Under the pieces are notes generated by a model. It saw nothing but the letters and a program-made list of their open reading frames with translations. It had not been told where the DNA came from and did no database searches. The translations under genes were made by a program, and so were the position numbers. A DNA stretch of 64,000 nucleotides, taken from Patescibacteria group bacterium. Lineage in GTDB: Bacteria > Patescibacteriota > Minisyncoccia > UBA6257 > Colwellbacteraceae. Of this stretch, positions 45,416 to 54,948 are shown one piece after another; positions within the stretch are counted from its first letter, which is position 1; each line of letters begins with the position of its first letter. The stretch lies in assembly GCA_023380305.1 (NCBI GenBank), contig JAMCQZ010000008.1, positions 122,659-186,658 on the forward strand, read 5' to 3'.

Positions 45416-47760
45416 TAGACGTTTTCCTGCTCCTCGAGACCTTCTTCTCCGGCGAGCGCCGCCTCGGCCTGTTCGGCTTCGACGATCTCTTCCGGATTGG
45501 TAGTGATGATCTGGTGCTCGAAGGGAGAGGCGACGACTTCGATTGCCGCATGGGTCAGCCCCGCGAGAAACAGGCCCTGGCCGATGTCTACCTCAAGAAG
45601 ATAATTCTTTTCCGATTCGGAAAGTCCGAAGGCCTTGCCCGTTGATTCGATGGACGAAGGGGACTGTTTCAAAAGCAGTTGGAGGGATGAGTTGGTGATG
45701 ATCGGCCGGCCGTAGGGAGAGCTTAAAAAGTCCTCCACGTCCTGGGTGATGGTCGAGATGCCGAGATAGTATTTTCTCGCTCTTTTGACGAGGCCGAAAA
45801 GGAATGAGGCCGAATCCGGATATTTCATCATCCACCAGGCCTCATCGATGATCATCAGCCTTTTTTTGAGGTCGGCTCTCACTAGGTTCCAGACGAAATT
45901 CAAAATGATGAACATGGCGATCGGACGGAGTTCGTCTTCGAGGTCGCGGATGGAAAAAACAATGAGCCGGTTATTGGTGTCGATATTCGAAGCCTGGTTC
46001 AAGAACCCGGCATAGCTTCCTTTGGTGAAACGATAGAGCCGGTCGGCCAGGGCACGGCCGCCTTCGATATTTCGGAGGATTTCCTCCAGGTCTTCGAGGA
46101 GCGGCGGCGTGGCGCCGGAGAAGTCCTTGTTCGGCGTGATGTCTTTCGAGGCGTAGGCTTCGGTGATGGCCTGATCAATAACGGCTTCTTCCTCCGGCTT
46201 GATCTCTCCGAACATCAGCTTTAAAAGGCTTGTCAGGTTGACGATGTGTGATTTCAGGACTTCTGGCGGACTCTCGTCTTCCGGAATTTGCGGAACGTCA
46301 AAAGGGTTGATGTGGTTCGGCGAATCGAGCGAAATCTTGATAAAGGATCCGCCCGCGGAATTCGCCAGGTTTTCATATTCGTTTTCCGGATCGATGATGA
46401 TCACCTCGTCGCCGATCATGAGAGATCGGAGCACTTCGAGCTTGGTGGCATAGGATTTTCCGGATCCGGCTTTGGCGAAGACGACGGTGTTGGCGTTTTC
46501 CAAAGAAAACCGGTCGAAGATGATGGGAGTGTTGTTGTGCCGGTTGATGCCGTAGAGTATGCCCTCGTCCGAGGACAGGGTGGCGGAGACGAACGGAAAG
46601 AAAGAAGAAAGCGTGTTGGTGTTGAAGGGATTCGCGATTTCCAGACGGTCCTCGGCGATCGGTAGGGTGGAGTAGAAGCCCTGGAGGTTTTCAAAAAGCA
46701 AAGGCTTGGCGTAGATGAGCTTGGCCTCGAGTCCGCTCGAAATGCGGTCGATGATGCGGTTGAGATCCGAAGAGTCTTTGCCGAAAATGGTCAGATAAAC
46801 GCTTACCGAAAAAAGTTTTTCCTGAGATTGCTGAAGGTTGTCTCGCAAGGCCTCGATATCCTGCAGGGCGGTCTCGAGCATCGGATCCCGGACCAGGCCT
46901 TTCTCTTCGATTTCCATAAGTTGGACCTGGACCTGGGCTGATCGGTTGCGGAGCTGTCTCAAGACGTCTCCTGTCTCGGTGGGCGAAATATGGATGGAAA
47001 TGTCGGCGAGCTCGGCGAGATTGATGAGGCCAGAAAGCCAGCCGCTCGAGAGATACCGCGGATAACCGGAAAGAAAAAGAGATTTGGCTGTCAGCTCGTC
47101 CACCTTTAGGGAGTCCGGAGCGATCTCGAATCGCCGTGGCCCGATGAATTTCTGGGCCTCGGCCGGATTCAGTTTTTCTCCCGGGTTGAAGGCGCTGTAA
47201 AAAAGCTCTCGGAGCTCCGCTTCTTCGAGGACAATGCCGCGGAGCCCGATGCGGTGGAGGCTGTTTATGATCTGGCTGGCCTTGAGATCAAGTTTTTCTT
47301 TGGCTTCGCGGACGGCCGTCGGCTCTGTCTCGGCTGGAGGCTGTTGCCGGCCGATGGTCGGCAGGCTGATGATCTCGTGGGGGATGGTGATGAAAAAACC
47401 TTTTTTCATCACGGCGTTTTCGGCGACGAAATTTTCGATGAACTCCCGATAGATGGCGATTTGGGAACGCATCATCTCGTTCTGCTCCTGGTTTTCTTTT
47501 TCTTTCAGCCGGTTCAAATAGTCGTCGATAAAAAACTTTCTCGAAGAGACGCTGATTTCGATCGGATAGTCGAGGGAGTTTAGGAGATCGGCGAAGGCCG
47601 AAAGGATCATCTGCTGTTCTTCCTCGGATTTAAGATCGAAGTTGACGCCGTTCACCATGATGACCTTGCGGAGTCCGCCGTCTTTCAAAAAAACGGAATC
47701 GCCTTCGATTTTTTTGACCGGCAGGATGTTCTCCGAGGAGATGTTTTGTTTCTGAGCCAT
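45415..47760 (-). CDS. VirB4/TrbE/PrgJ-family type IV secretion ATPase
   Basis: Walker A FAKAGSGKSYATK, Walker B MIIDEAWWMM, plus the N-terminal VirB4 domain. 781 aa. Confidence 0.8.
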   Translation of the reverse strand: MAQKQNISSENILPVKKIEGDSVFLKDGGLRKVIMVNGVNFDLKSEEEQQMILSAFADLLNSLDYPIEISVSSRKFFIDDYLNRLKEKENQEQNEMMRSQIAIYREFIENFVAENAVMKKGFFITIPHEIISLPTIGRQQPPAETEPTAVREAKEKLDLKASQIINSLHRIGLRGIVLEEAELRELFYSAFNPGEKLNPAEAQKFIGPRRFEIAPDSLKVDELTAKSLFLSGYPRYLSSGWLSGLINLAELADISIHISPTETGDVLRQLRNRSAQVQVQLMEIEEKGLVRDPMLETALQDIEALRDNLQQSQEKLFSVSVYLTIFGKDSSDLNRIIDRISSGLEAKLIYAKPLLFENLQGFYSTLPIAEDRLEIANPFNTNTLSSFFPFVSATLSSDEGILYGINRHNNTPIIFDRFSLENANTVVFAKAGSGKSYATKLEVLRSLMIGDEVIIIDPENEYENLANSAGGSFIKISLDSPNHINPFDVPQIPEDESPPEVLKSHIVNLTSLLKLMFGEIKPEEEAVIDQAITEAYASKDITPNKDFSGATPPLLEDLEEILRNIEGGRALADRLYRFTKGSYAGFLNQASNIDTNNRLIVFSIRDLEDELRPIAMFIILNFVWNLVRADLKKRLMIIDEAWWMMKYPDSASFLFGLVKRARKYYLGISTITQDVEDFLSSPYGRPIITNSSLQLLLKQSPSSIESTGKAFGLSESEKNYLLEVDIGQGLFLAGLTHAAIEVVASPFEHQIITTNPEEIVEAEQAEAALAGEEGLEEQENV

Positions 47761-47763
47761 GGG

Positions 47764-48264
47764 TTAGCGGTAATCTATGCGGCGGACAGCTTCTTTTTCG
47801 CCGGTTATTTTTTGGATAATGGCGTATTTCTGGCGCCACTCGTTTTGGTTTCTGATAAAATCGGCTTCGAAAGCCATTTCCCGTTTCGGCACCGGAGCGA
47901 CGCTCGTGGTGATGCGCTCAAAAAGGCTGGTGAGGGAAGGCTTCGCCGTTACTCCGGCGGGGGCGACGGCCACCAGTTTTTCTTCGGCGTAAGCCGGCCA
48001 GACGTAAAGTTTTGACCGCGTAAGATAATAAAAAGAGGCTCTGACCACTATCGGGAGAGGCCGGGTGTTTATTTTAACAAAAGCCAGGCCGGCGCCGGCT
48101 CCCATAAGGCCGGCGGCGACGATGATCCAAACCCAATGCGCCAGAGGAAAATACAGGGCGTAGGCGATGGCCGCCGGAATGGCGAGGTAGATGAACTGGG
48201 TGAGCGTTAAAGAACCGATGATGCGGTTCTCGGTGCTGATAAACTGCGGAACTAAAAATTGCAT
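47764..48264 (-). CDS. PrgI-like small membrane protein (VirB3 analogue of monoderm T4SS)
   Basis: 166 aa, two TM helices (FIYLAIPAAIAYALYF; VWIIVAAGLMGAGAGLAFV), immediately upstream of VirB4 as in Gram-positive conjugation operons. Confidence 0.45.
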   Translation of the reverse strand: MQFLVPQFISTENRIIGSLTLTQFIYLAIPAAIAYALYFPLAHWVWIIVAAGLMGAGAGLAFVKINTRPLPIVVRASFYYLTRSKLYVWPAYAEEKLVAVAPAGVTAKPSLTSLFERITTSVAPVPKREMAFEADFIRNQNEWRQKYAIIQKITGEKEAVRRIDYR

Positions 48265-48308
48265 CGCTTTGTTAAAGTCTTTCCGAACAGAAAAAGACTC
48301 TATTAATT

Positions 48309-49145
48309 CTACAAAGGAAGGTCCCTTAAGTCTATTTTCTTGTTTTCGGGAGAGGCTGCGGACTTGGCGGTGTTTTCAATGACGCGATCATTGAATTTGG
48401 CCGGCGAGATAATGGCCGGCGCGGGTTCGGTCGGGACAACAGTCGGTTGGGGGGCCGGTGTTTCCGACCGCGTCGGCGGGTTGAGGGGCGTCTTGAGGCT
48501 GGAATAATGAACGATTTTCGGGGCGAAGACTTCGGTCCTGCCGATCGCGGGCGGTTGGGGTTTTATTGGTTCGGTCGGGACAGGTTCCTTGTATCCGCCA
48601 AATTGGATTCTGGCTGGCTGGGCCGGCTGCCTGAATGTCGGTTGGGCCTGGCTCGAGCTGAAGAAAGCCTGCCTGATCGGTTCGTAATTGATGTCGTGTT
48701 CTTCGGCGAGGGTTTTGAAAGCAGCCTCCTCATGGAGAATATAGGGCGAAGGGGTAGCAGGAGAGGGCTGAATTTCCGAGGGCGTTGCCGGGATAACGGA
48801 TATGGGCATCTCTAAGGGCTCGGTCTGCGGCGTCGGCGTCGCGACAGCCGGCGATGGAGCGGTCGGGATAAGACCAATATCGATCCCGAACGCGGACAGG
48901 TTGTTTTTAATCGGCGTGAGTATTTTTTCGACGATCTGCTGAAGAAGCTCCGGCGGCAATTCTCGGCCGGCGCGTTTTTGAAGTTCTATCGCGAAATTCT
49001 CCGGAGATATTTGTTTGGACTCCAGATAATAAAGGGTAAGCGTCAAAACCGAAATATCAAAGTTGAATTTGCCGGCAAGTTCTTCGTAAACAGCTATCAT
49101 CGGCTCGGAATTGAGCCATGTTTTGATGTTGAGGGGAATCTCCAT
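48309..49145 (-). CDS. hypothetical Pro-rich protein in T4SS-like operon
   Basis: Structured N-domain followed by a P/T/A-rich low-complexity C-terminal half. No TM helix and no family match. Confidence 0.45.
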   Translation of the reverse strand: MEIPLNIKTWLNSEPMIAVYEELAGKFNFDISVLTLTLYYLESKQISPENFAIELQKRAGRELPPELLQQIVEKILTPIKNNLSAFGIDIGLIPTAPSPAVATPTPQTEPLEMPISVIPATPSEIQPSPATPSPYILHEEAAFKTLAEEHDINYEPIRQAFFSSSQAQPTFRQPAQPARIQFGGYKEPVPTEPIKPQPPAIGRTEVFAPKIVHYSSLKTPLNPPTRSETPAPQPTVVPTEPAPAIISPAKFNDRVIENTAKSAASPENKKIDLRDLPL

Positions 49146-49148
49146 AAT

Positions 49149-49465
49149 CTATTTTTCTCCCGGCTTGATAATCTTCGCCTCGGGATTGGGCTGCGCTCCC
49201 GGAGTAATAATTTTGGCTTCGGGATTAGGCTGGTTCCCGGCTGTGATTATGCGAGCCGGACCGGTGGCGGCCTCTCGATAACGTTCCATTGGTTTGATGT
49301 CGATCGGGTAATCGCGGGAAGCCGGCCCGTAGATTTTCGCTGAAGGGTTTGGCTGCGCTCCCGGAGTAATAATTTTGGCTTCGGGATTAGGTTGGGCTCC
49401 GGGCGTGATGATCTTCGCTTCGGGATTGGGCTGAACCTCGGAAGGATTGATAATCCGTGAAGGGC
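49149..49465 (-). repeat. 39-bp in-frame tandem repeats (five full or partial units) in the virB6-like 3' end
   Basis: GGCTGCGCTCCCGGAGTAATAATTTTGGCTTCGGGATTAGG-type units are visible at ~49190, 49230, 49340 and 49380; they encode AQPNPEAKIITPG. Confidence 0.6.
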
Positions 49466-51746
49466 CGGCGGGCATTGCCGGAGAAGCCGGGCTGGTCGGG
49501 GAGGTCGGACTTGGCTCTATCGGAGTTGGCGGTTGGGAGCCGGGACCGCTCGGCGGGGGCGATTCCAGTTCCGCGACCAATTCGGACCAGGAAGGAATGC
49601 GTTTTAATCTGCGGACAGTATTTTCGAAGGCCTGGTTCTGCTGGGGGTCTTCGGGATCTGTTTTGATGGCTTTTAATGTTTTCCCGATATTTTCTATTTG
49701 TTCATTAGTGCCTTCGTCGCCAAGTTTTCTGAATTGGGAGTCGGTTATGGCCAGGACAACAGGTCTGGAGTTAAAGGCTTCTGGCACGACATCCAGGATC
49801 TCGCTTGGCTTGAGGCCTTTGACGATTTTGGCGGGATTTGATGCGTGGTGGGGCATTGTTTTTTCGAAAGCGCCGGTCGCTTTGATGCTTTGCGCGGCCA
49901 AAACCAGCTGGCGGATTTTTTCATTGATGGGCTGTCTGCGTTCTTCGCTCAAGCCGACTTTAGCCAGATCGCCTTCTTTAAAAGAAGTAATTTTTTTATC
50001 CTGCAATTGCTGTAAGAGTGCGGTGCGCGCTTGCGGATTCATCAAAGAAATATTCGCGGAGTTCAGATAACGGATGAGAGTTTCTTTGGACCAATCTTTA
50101 TAGGCGGCGCCGTATTCGCCGATGGATTTTTTCTGAGCTTCTTTTAATTTCCCGGCAAGCACGTCCGAGCCGACGGCCAGGGGCCTTGTAATGAAGCTGC
50201 CAGCGAGTATGTTCTTGGCGCGTTGGTATTGGGGAGCCGCCATGATTCTTCCTCCCAAAATAGTGCCGAGGCTTTTACCTTCCCTGATGGGGATATTCTT
50301 GGCTCTTTCAAGCCAGCGGCTGGCTAGTCCGAAAACGGCTTTCCCACCGCCCAGGCTGAGACTGTTTGCCTGTTGCAGGCCGATGGCGAGCAAAACCAAT
50401 TGGATGATCAGCCTGCCGACGCCGAGTCCTAAAGATTGACCGAAGACCGTTTCGGTTGTCGCGTCGAGGCCGATCGAGCTTAAGCTAAGCACGATGTAGA
50501 TGAAGAGCATCATCAGCGGAGCGAAAACCAACCATTGGATGAATTGTTGGCTCCAATCTTCAAATGACAGTTTCTTGAAGGAGACAACCGGGAAGACTCT
50601 CATAAAAATTACTAGGGGAGAAATGATGACGAGGAAAGTCAGGTATCCCCAACGGATGAAGAACATGATGGCGATCGCGGACATTACGAGAATGATGCCG
50701 ATGCCGACGAGGGCCGTGAGAAGAGGCATAAAGATAAGTTGGAAAATGCCCTCGATGTTTCCGAGAATGGCTGAATTCGGCGTGGCCGCCGGGATTCTCC
50801 CGAAATAATTCCAGGCATTGGAATCGGTGACTATCTGGCTGAGCGCCAAAGTTATTTTGTCGGAAAAGCTGATGAATATTCCGGCCAGAGCGAAGGTGAA
50901 ATTCACCAGGAAGAAAGCGAGAAGAAACTTGGGCAGGCTGTTTTTGTCGATTTTGCCCAGGATCTTGGAATTCGGGAACACGGGTCTCAGCATCGTGGCA
51001 AAGCCGATGCCGAGGATTCCGAAAACGAAAAACAAATTGACGAATTGGAGGACGACGTCGAATCCGGCTTTGGCAAGGCTGGCGCCCCCGTAAATGGTCG
51101 AGTTTAAAGCGATGGCTCCAGAAAGGATATAAACAGCGAGTTTGACGAAGCCTTTGATGATGGCGCCGACAATATTGGTGAGGACGCAGGCAAGAGTGCC
51201 CGTAATGTTCAGGCTTAAAAGCGGCAGCATGCAGCTAGAATCTCCTTCCGGCTGGCAGACGCCGACAACGCTTTGGGGCTCGTAGACGCAGACGAGAGGC
51301 GCCTTGCAGGGCATGAATTCGGTTTTGCCGGTGGGTTTTCCTTCAGCGTTTTTTTGCGGAATATTGCCGCATTGATCGCCGATTTGTTCGGCCCCAGCCA
51401 ATCCTATTTTGGCTTCTTGGGTTCGGATATAAGTGTCGGCTTCGCTCTGGATATAGCACCGGCCGGTGTCGGCTCCGGTGTCGTCGGGGACGCATTTGTA
51501 GTCATTGGGGCATTCGTTTGCCAATCCGACGCTACAAAAGCAGTCTGACCCCGATCCAAGCGGACCGCTGGCCGGAAGACAGACGCCGCTTGATCCGCCG
51601 AGGCTGGTGGGAGAACAGTGCTGGTTTTCGGCGCAGGGTTTGTCCGGGCCGCAAGCCGGTCCCGAGGGCCGGCAGGCCGCCTCCGCTTTTCCGACCATAA
51701 GCACGACCGATAAGACAACCGCGAGCAAGAGGAAATATTTGCGCAT
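49149..51746 (-). CDS. VirB6/TrbL/PrgH-like large polytopic T4SS membrane protein with Cys-rich N-terminal ectodomain and C-terminal tandem repeats
   Basis: Signal peptide (from Met13, MRKYFLLLAVVLSVVLMVG), a Cys-rich 180-aa domain, at least 8 TM helices, and a C-terminal (IITPGAQPNPEAK)x5. The ORF-track GTG start at 51782 would overlap rsmA. Confidence 0.55.
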   Translation of the reverse strand: MRKYFLLLAVVLSVVLMVGKAEAACRPSGPACGPDKPCAENQHCSPTSLGGSSGVCLPASGPLGSGSDCFCSVGLANECPNDYKCVPDDTGADTGRCYIQSEADTYIRTQEAKIGLAGAEQIGDQCGNIPQKNAEGKPTGKTEFMPCKAPLVCVYEPQSVVGVCQPEGDSSCMLPLLSLNITGTLACVLTNIVGAIIKGFVKLAVYILSGAIALNSTIYGGASLAKAGFDVVLQFVNLFFVFGILGIGFATMLRPVFPNSKILGKIDKNSLPKFLLAFFLVNFTFALAGIFISFSDKITLALSQIVTDSNAWNYFGRIPAATPNSAILGNIEGIFQLIFMPLLTALVGIGIILVMSAIAIMFFIRWGYLTFLVIISPLVIFMRVFPVVSFKKLSFEDWSQQFIQWLVFAPLMMLFIYIVLSLSSIGLDATTETVFGQSLGLGVGRLIIQLVLLAIGLQQANSLSLGGGKAVFGLASRWLERAKNIPIREGKSLGTILGGRIMAAPQYQRAKNILAGSFITRPLAVGSDVLAGKLKEAQKKSIGEYGAAYKDWSKETLIRYLNSANISLMNPQARTALLQQLQDKKITSFKEGDLAKVGLSEERRQPINEKIRQLVLAAQSIKATGAFEKTMPHHASNPAKIVKGLKPSEILDVVPEAFNSRPVVLAITDSQFRKLGDEGTNEQIENIGKTLKAIKTDPEDPQQNQAFENTVRRLKRIPSWSELVAELESPPPSGPGSQPPTPIEPSPTSPTSPASPAMPAGPSRIINPSEVQPNPEAKIITPGAQPNPEAKIITPGAQPNPSAKIYGPASRDYPIDIKPMERYREAATGPARIITAGNQPNPEAKIITPGAQPNPEAKIIKPGEK

Positions 51747-51765
51747 TGTTAAAATAATACCATTT

Positions 51766-52536
51766 TTAACCCGCGAAAACACGGCTCAACTCGATGATCT
51801 GGTCGAAGGAAAGTTCCTGGCCCCGGATGGAGGGGTCGATGCCTTGTTTCTCGAGCCGACTTTGGATTTCTCCCTTGTTGATTTTGAGGGCCGAGAGATT
51901 GTTAAGGATGGTTTTTCTCGGTTGTTTGAAGAGCGTCTTGATAAAGGCGTAGTAGTTTTGGCGTTCGGCTTCGCTTCTATCAATTTGTTTGGTTTTAAGG
52001 AGAATGACGGCCGAATCCACTTTGGGCTCTGGAGAAAAGTCTTTTCTGGGAATGCTTAAGACTATTTGGGGCTCGGCCCAGAAGGCGATACTCCCTGCAA
52101 GCAGGTTCATCTCCGGCGGCTTGGCGGACGCGCGTTCAGCCACTTCTTTCTGGATGGTGAAAACCGAGATCATAGGTTTTCGCGGTAGATTTTCAATCAA
52201 TCTAAAAAGATGGCCGGTGATGTAGTAGGGAATATTGCCGCATAGTTTGTAGCCGTAGCCGATGTTTTCGACGATTGCCGGCAGAGATTTGAGGGCGTCG
52301 GCTTCAACCACTTCCAGTTTTTCCGGGGACAAAGGCATTAATCTGGCGGCCAGTTTCGGGTCGCGTTCAATAGCGATCAGTTTCCTCGGATTTTTATAGA
52401 GCAGATGTTTGGTCAGCTCTCCATGGCCCGGGCCGATTTCGATGAGGACGTCGTCCGGAGAAATATCCAAAACCCCGGCGATTCTTTCAAGAACCGTTTC
52501 GTTTTTCAAAAAATGCTGGCCTAATCGCCTCATCAA
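51766..52536 (-). CDS. rsmA: 16S rRNA (adenine1518/1519-N6)-dimethyltransferase
   Basis: LGQHFLKNETVLERI, IEIGPGHGELT. Confidence 0.9.
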   Translation of the reverse strand: MMRRLGQHFLKNETVLERIAGVLDISPDDVLIEIGPGHGELTKHLLYKNPRKLIAIERDPKLAARLMPLSPEKLEVVEADALKSLPAIVENIGYGYKLCGNIPYYITGHLFRLIENLPRKPMISVFTIQKEVAERASAKPPEMNLLAGSIAFWAEPQIVLSIPRKDFSPEPKVDSAVILLKTKQIDRSEAERQNYYAFIKTLFKQPRKTILNNLSALKINKGEIQSRLEKQGIDPSIRGQELSFDQIIELSRVFAG

Positions 52537-54278
52537 TCCAAGTATATCGTATCTTCGTCGGTTTTGGGTCTGATGCCGTCGAACTCGACGAGCTCCGGAG
52601 GAATCTCATAGAGAAATCTCGAAGGAAAGTTGAAAAAGCTGATAAAAAGCTTCTCCCTGGCGCGGGTCATAGCCACGTACATCAGTCGGCGTTCTTCTTC
52701 GAGCTCGTCTTTGGACGCGAGCGAACGGTGGTGGGGCAGGAGGCCTTCGTTTACGCCGACGATGAAGACGTTTTTGAATTCGAGACCTTTGGAAAGATGG
52801 ATGGTCATCATTTTCACGCCTGGCCGATCAGCCCCCTTGATTTCGTCGTTCGCCTGGAAAAGGGAGATCTTCTCGAGCAGTTCCTCGAGCGATTTGGCTT
52901 CGGCGGCGAACCCGACGAGCTCGCCGATATTTTCCATGCGTTCCTCGCTATTTTTGAATTTGGTCGCGAGGAGAGCCGGATAGTTGGCCGTCTGGAGAAT
53001 GAAGCCGATGAGTTCGGCCGGCGAGAGGCTCGCGGCCATTTCCGGCAGTCGTTCGATGAGTTCGGTCGCCGGTTTCCGGTTGAAGGAAGACTCGATGCGC
53101 TCGCGGCTGATCATATCCCTTGGGTTGAATCCGTAGCGCAGACAGGCGACGACGTCCTTAATTTCTTTCCTTTCGTAGAACTTCAATCCGCCGTAGATCT
53201 GGTAGGGGATCTGGTTATAAATGAAATATTGTTCGATCGGCCGGGACTGGGCGTTCGTTCGGAAAAGCACGGCCGTGTTTTCCCAGTCTCCCAGGTCGAT
53301 TATTTTTTCAGCGAGCCATTCGGCTTCGCCTTCGGCGTCATAGGCCCCAAAAACCTTTATTAAATCCCCTTCAGAGTTGTCGGTCCAAAGGGTTTTCGGC
53401 CGCTGGAGCGTATTGTGGCGGATGACTTCCCCGGCCGCGGAAATAATGTTCTTGGTCGAACGGTAGTTTTGGTCGAGGGTAACCACCTTGGCTTCGGGCC
53501 AGTCCTTTTCGAAATTCAAAAAATTTCTGAAGTCCGATCCGCGGAAGCTGTAGATGCTCTGGGCGTCGTCGCCGACGACGCTCAAATTACGGTGTCCGGA
53601 AGCGAGAAGCCTCACCAGTTCGTACTGACTCTGGTTGATGTCCTGGTACTCGTCGACGAGAATGTGCCGGAACTGGTCGCGGTATTTGGCGAGGGCGTCG
53701 GGGCTTTCCGAAAAGAGCCGGACCACCTTTTCAATGAGGTCGTCGAAATCAAAAGCGTTTGCTTCGACAAGGCCCGCTTCGTAGTTTTCGAAGATTTTGA
53801 TTCCCATATCGTCGCCCAGGTCTTCCGGCCGTAGAAGCTCGCTTTTGACGCGCGATATTTTTCCGAGATAGCTAGCGGCCGGGAACCTTTCCTTGTCGAG
53901 ATCGAGCGACTTAACGATGTTTTTGATGAGTTTTAAGGAATCGTCGTCGTCGAAGATAACGTAGCCCCTGGTCCGGCCGAAAGAAGGTTCTTGTCTCAAT
54001 ATCCGGGCGCCGAGAGAGTGGAAGGTGCCGAGAAAAGGCGTCCTGCCGGATTTGATTTCCGGATAAACCCGTCTTTTTATCTCTTCGGCCGCTTTGTTTG
54101 TGAAGGTGATGGCGACGATTTGATCGGCCGGAACCCCTTTCTGGATCAAAAAGGCCAATCTTTGGGTCAGGGTTCTGGTTTTGCCCGATCCGGCGCCGGC
54201 GGTGATGAGCAGGGGGCCGTCGCCGGCGGTGGCGGCTTCGAGCTGGCGATCGTTCAGATTTTGTGGTATAATAGGCAT
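52533..54278 (-). CDS. UvrD/PcrA-family ATP-dependent DNA helicase (compact, 581 aa)
   Basis: Motif I AGAGSGKTRTLTQR, motif II VDEYQD, motifs IV-VI (e.g. VAMTRARE). Confidence 0.85.
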   Translation of the reverse strand: MPIIPQNLNDRQLEAATAGDGPLLITAGAGSGKTRTLTQRLAFLIQKGVPADQIVAITFTNKAAEEIKRRVYPEIKSGRTPFLGTFHSLGARILRQEPSFGRTRGYVIFDDDDSLKLIKNIVKSLDLDKERFPAASYLGKISRVKSELLRPEDLGDDMGIKIFENYEAGLVEANAFDFDDLIEKVVRLFSESPDALAKYRDQFRHILVDEYQDINQSQYELVRLLASGHRNLSVVGDDAQSIYSFRGSDFRNFLNFEKDWPEAKVVTLDQNYRSTKNIISAAGEVIRHNTLQRPKTLWTDNSEGDLIKVFGAYDAEGEAEWLAEKIIDLGDWENTAVLFRTNAQSRPIEQYFIYNQIPYQIYGGLKFYERKEIKDVVACLRYGFNPRDMISRERIESSFNRKPATELIERLPEMAASLSPAELIGFILQTANYPALLATKFKNSEERMENIGELVGFAAEAKSLEELLEKISLFQANDEIKGADRPGVKMMTIHLSKGLEFKNVFIVGVNEGLLPHHRSLASKDELEEERRLMYVAMTRAREKLFISFFNFPSRFLYEIPPELVEFDGIRPKTDEDTIYLD

Positions 54279-54926
54279 ATTAGTAATTTAGCTCACAAAT
54301 CAAGATATGTTTTCTTGGCGGCGATAGGAATCGCCATATTTTTTGCGGGTTTCGGCCAGAGTATTTTAGCAAAAAGCGAAGCCCAAAAGCTATCGAAGTT
54401 TTTGGCCGAAAATTCGGTTTTCGGATCGGTTTTCCCGGGATTGCGGCCGGACGGCTCGTTTTCGGCCTTTTCCCAGATTATTTCCCCGGAGGTAGTCATT
54501 TCCGACGGATTAAACCGTGAACGGATCACGGAAGGGGCCTTGTTCGAGGCTTCGGAGACGGTTGAAGACGATCTCGCCGGCCGGACCGAAACCACGATCT
54601 ATAAAGTCCAGCCGAGAGATACTCTTGTTTCCGTCGCCAGAAAGTTCAATATTTCGACAGACACCATCGTGTGGGCCAACGGTTTGAAGACAAGGGCTTT
54701 GAAGCGGGGTTCGAGCCTGGTGATTCTTCCGGTCTCCGGAGTGATCCATGAAATCAAATCTGGTGAGACCGTGGAATCGATCGCCGACAGCTACCACGTG
54801 CCGGCCCAGCAGATTTACGCTTTCAATAAAGGCAAGATTTTAACCGAGGGAGTCGAACTTATCGTCCCCGGAGGTCAGCCTTTGGACAACGGTTTGGCCA
54901 CGCAGTCTTCGGCGAAAGTCAACTAA
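54279..54926 (+). CDS. secreted/membrane-anchored protein with two LysM domains (start codon uncertain)
   Basis: LysM 1 YKVQPRDTLVSVARKFNISTDTIVWANGL and LysM 2 HEIKSGETVESIADSYHVPAQQIYAFN. N-terminal hydrophobic segment FLAAIGIAIFFAGFG. There is no in-frame ATG after the divergent uvrD start. Candidate starts are ATT 54279 or TTG 54315. An extended -10 TGGTATAAT lies at ~54264-54272. Confidence 0.5.
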   Translation: MSNLAHKSRYVFLAAIGIAIFFAGFGQSILAKSEAQKLSKFLAENSVFGSVFPGLRPDGSFSAFSQIISPEVVISDGLNRERITEGALFEASETVEDDLAGRTETTIYKVQPRDTLVSVARKFNISTDTIVWANGLKTRALKRGSSLVILPVSGVIHEIKSGETVESIADSYHVPAQQIYAFNKGKILTEGVELIVPGGQPLDNGLATQSSAKVN

Positions 54927-54948
54927 AAGATTTTTGTGAGAGCCGCTT

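Noticed and set aside
53991-54278. N-terminal 96 codons of ORF 53991..54926
   Set aside because: They overlap the 5' end of uvrD on the opposite strand and have no LysM or signal-peptide content. The true gene begins near 54279-54315.
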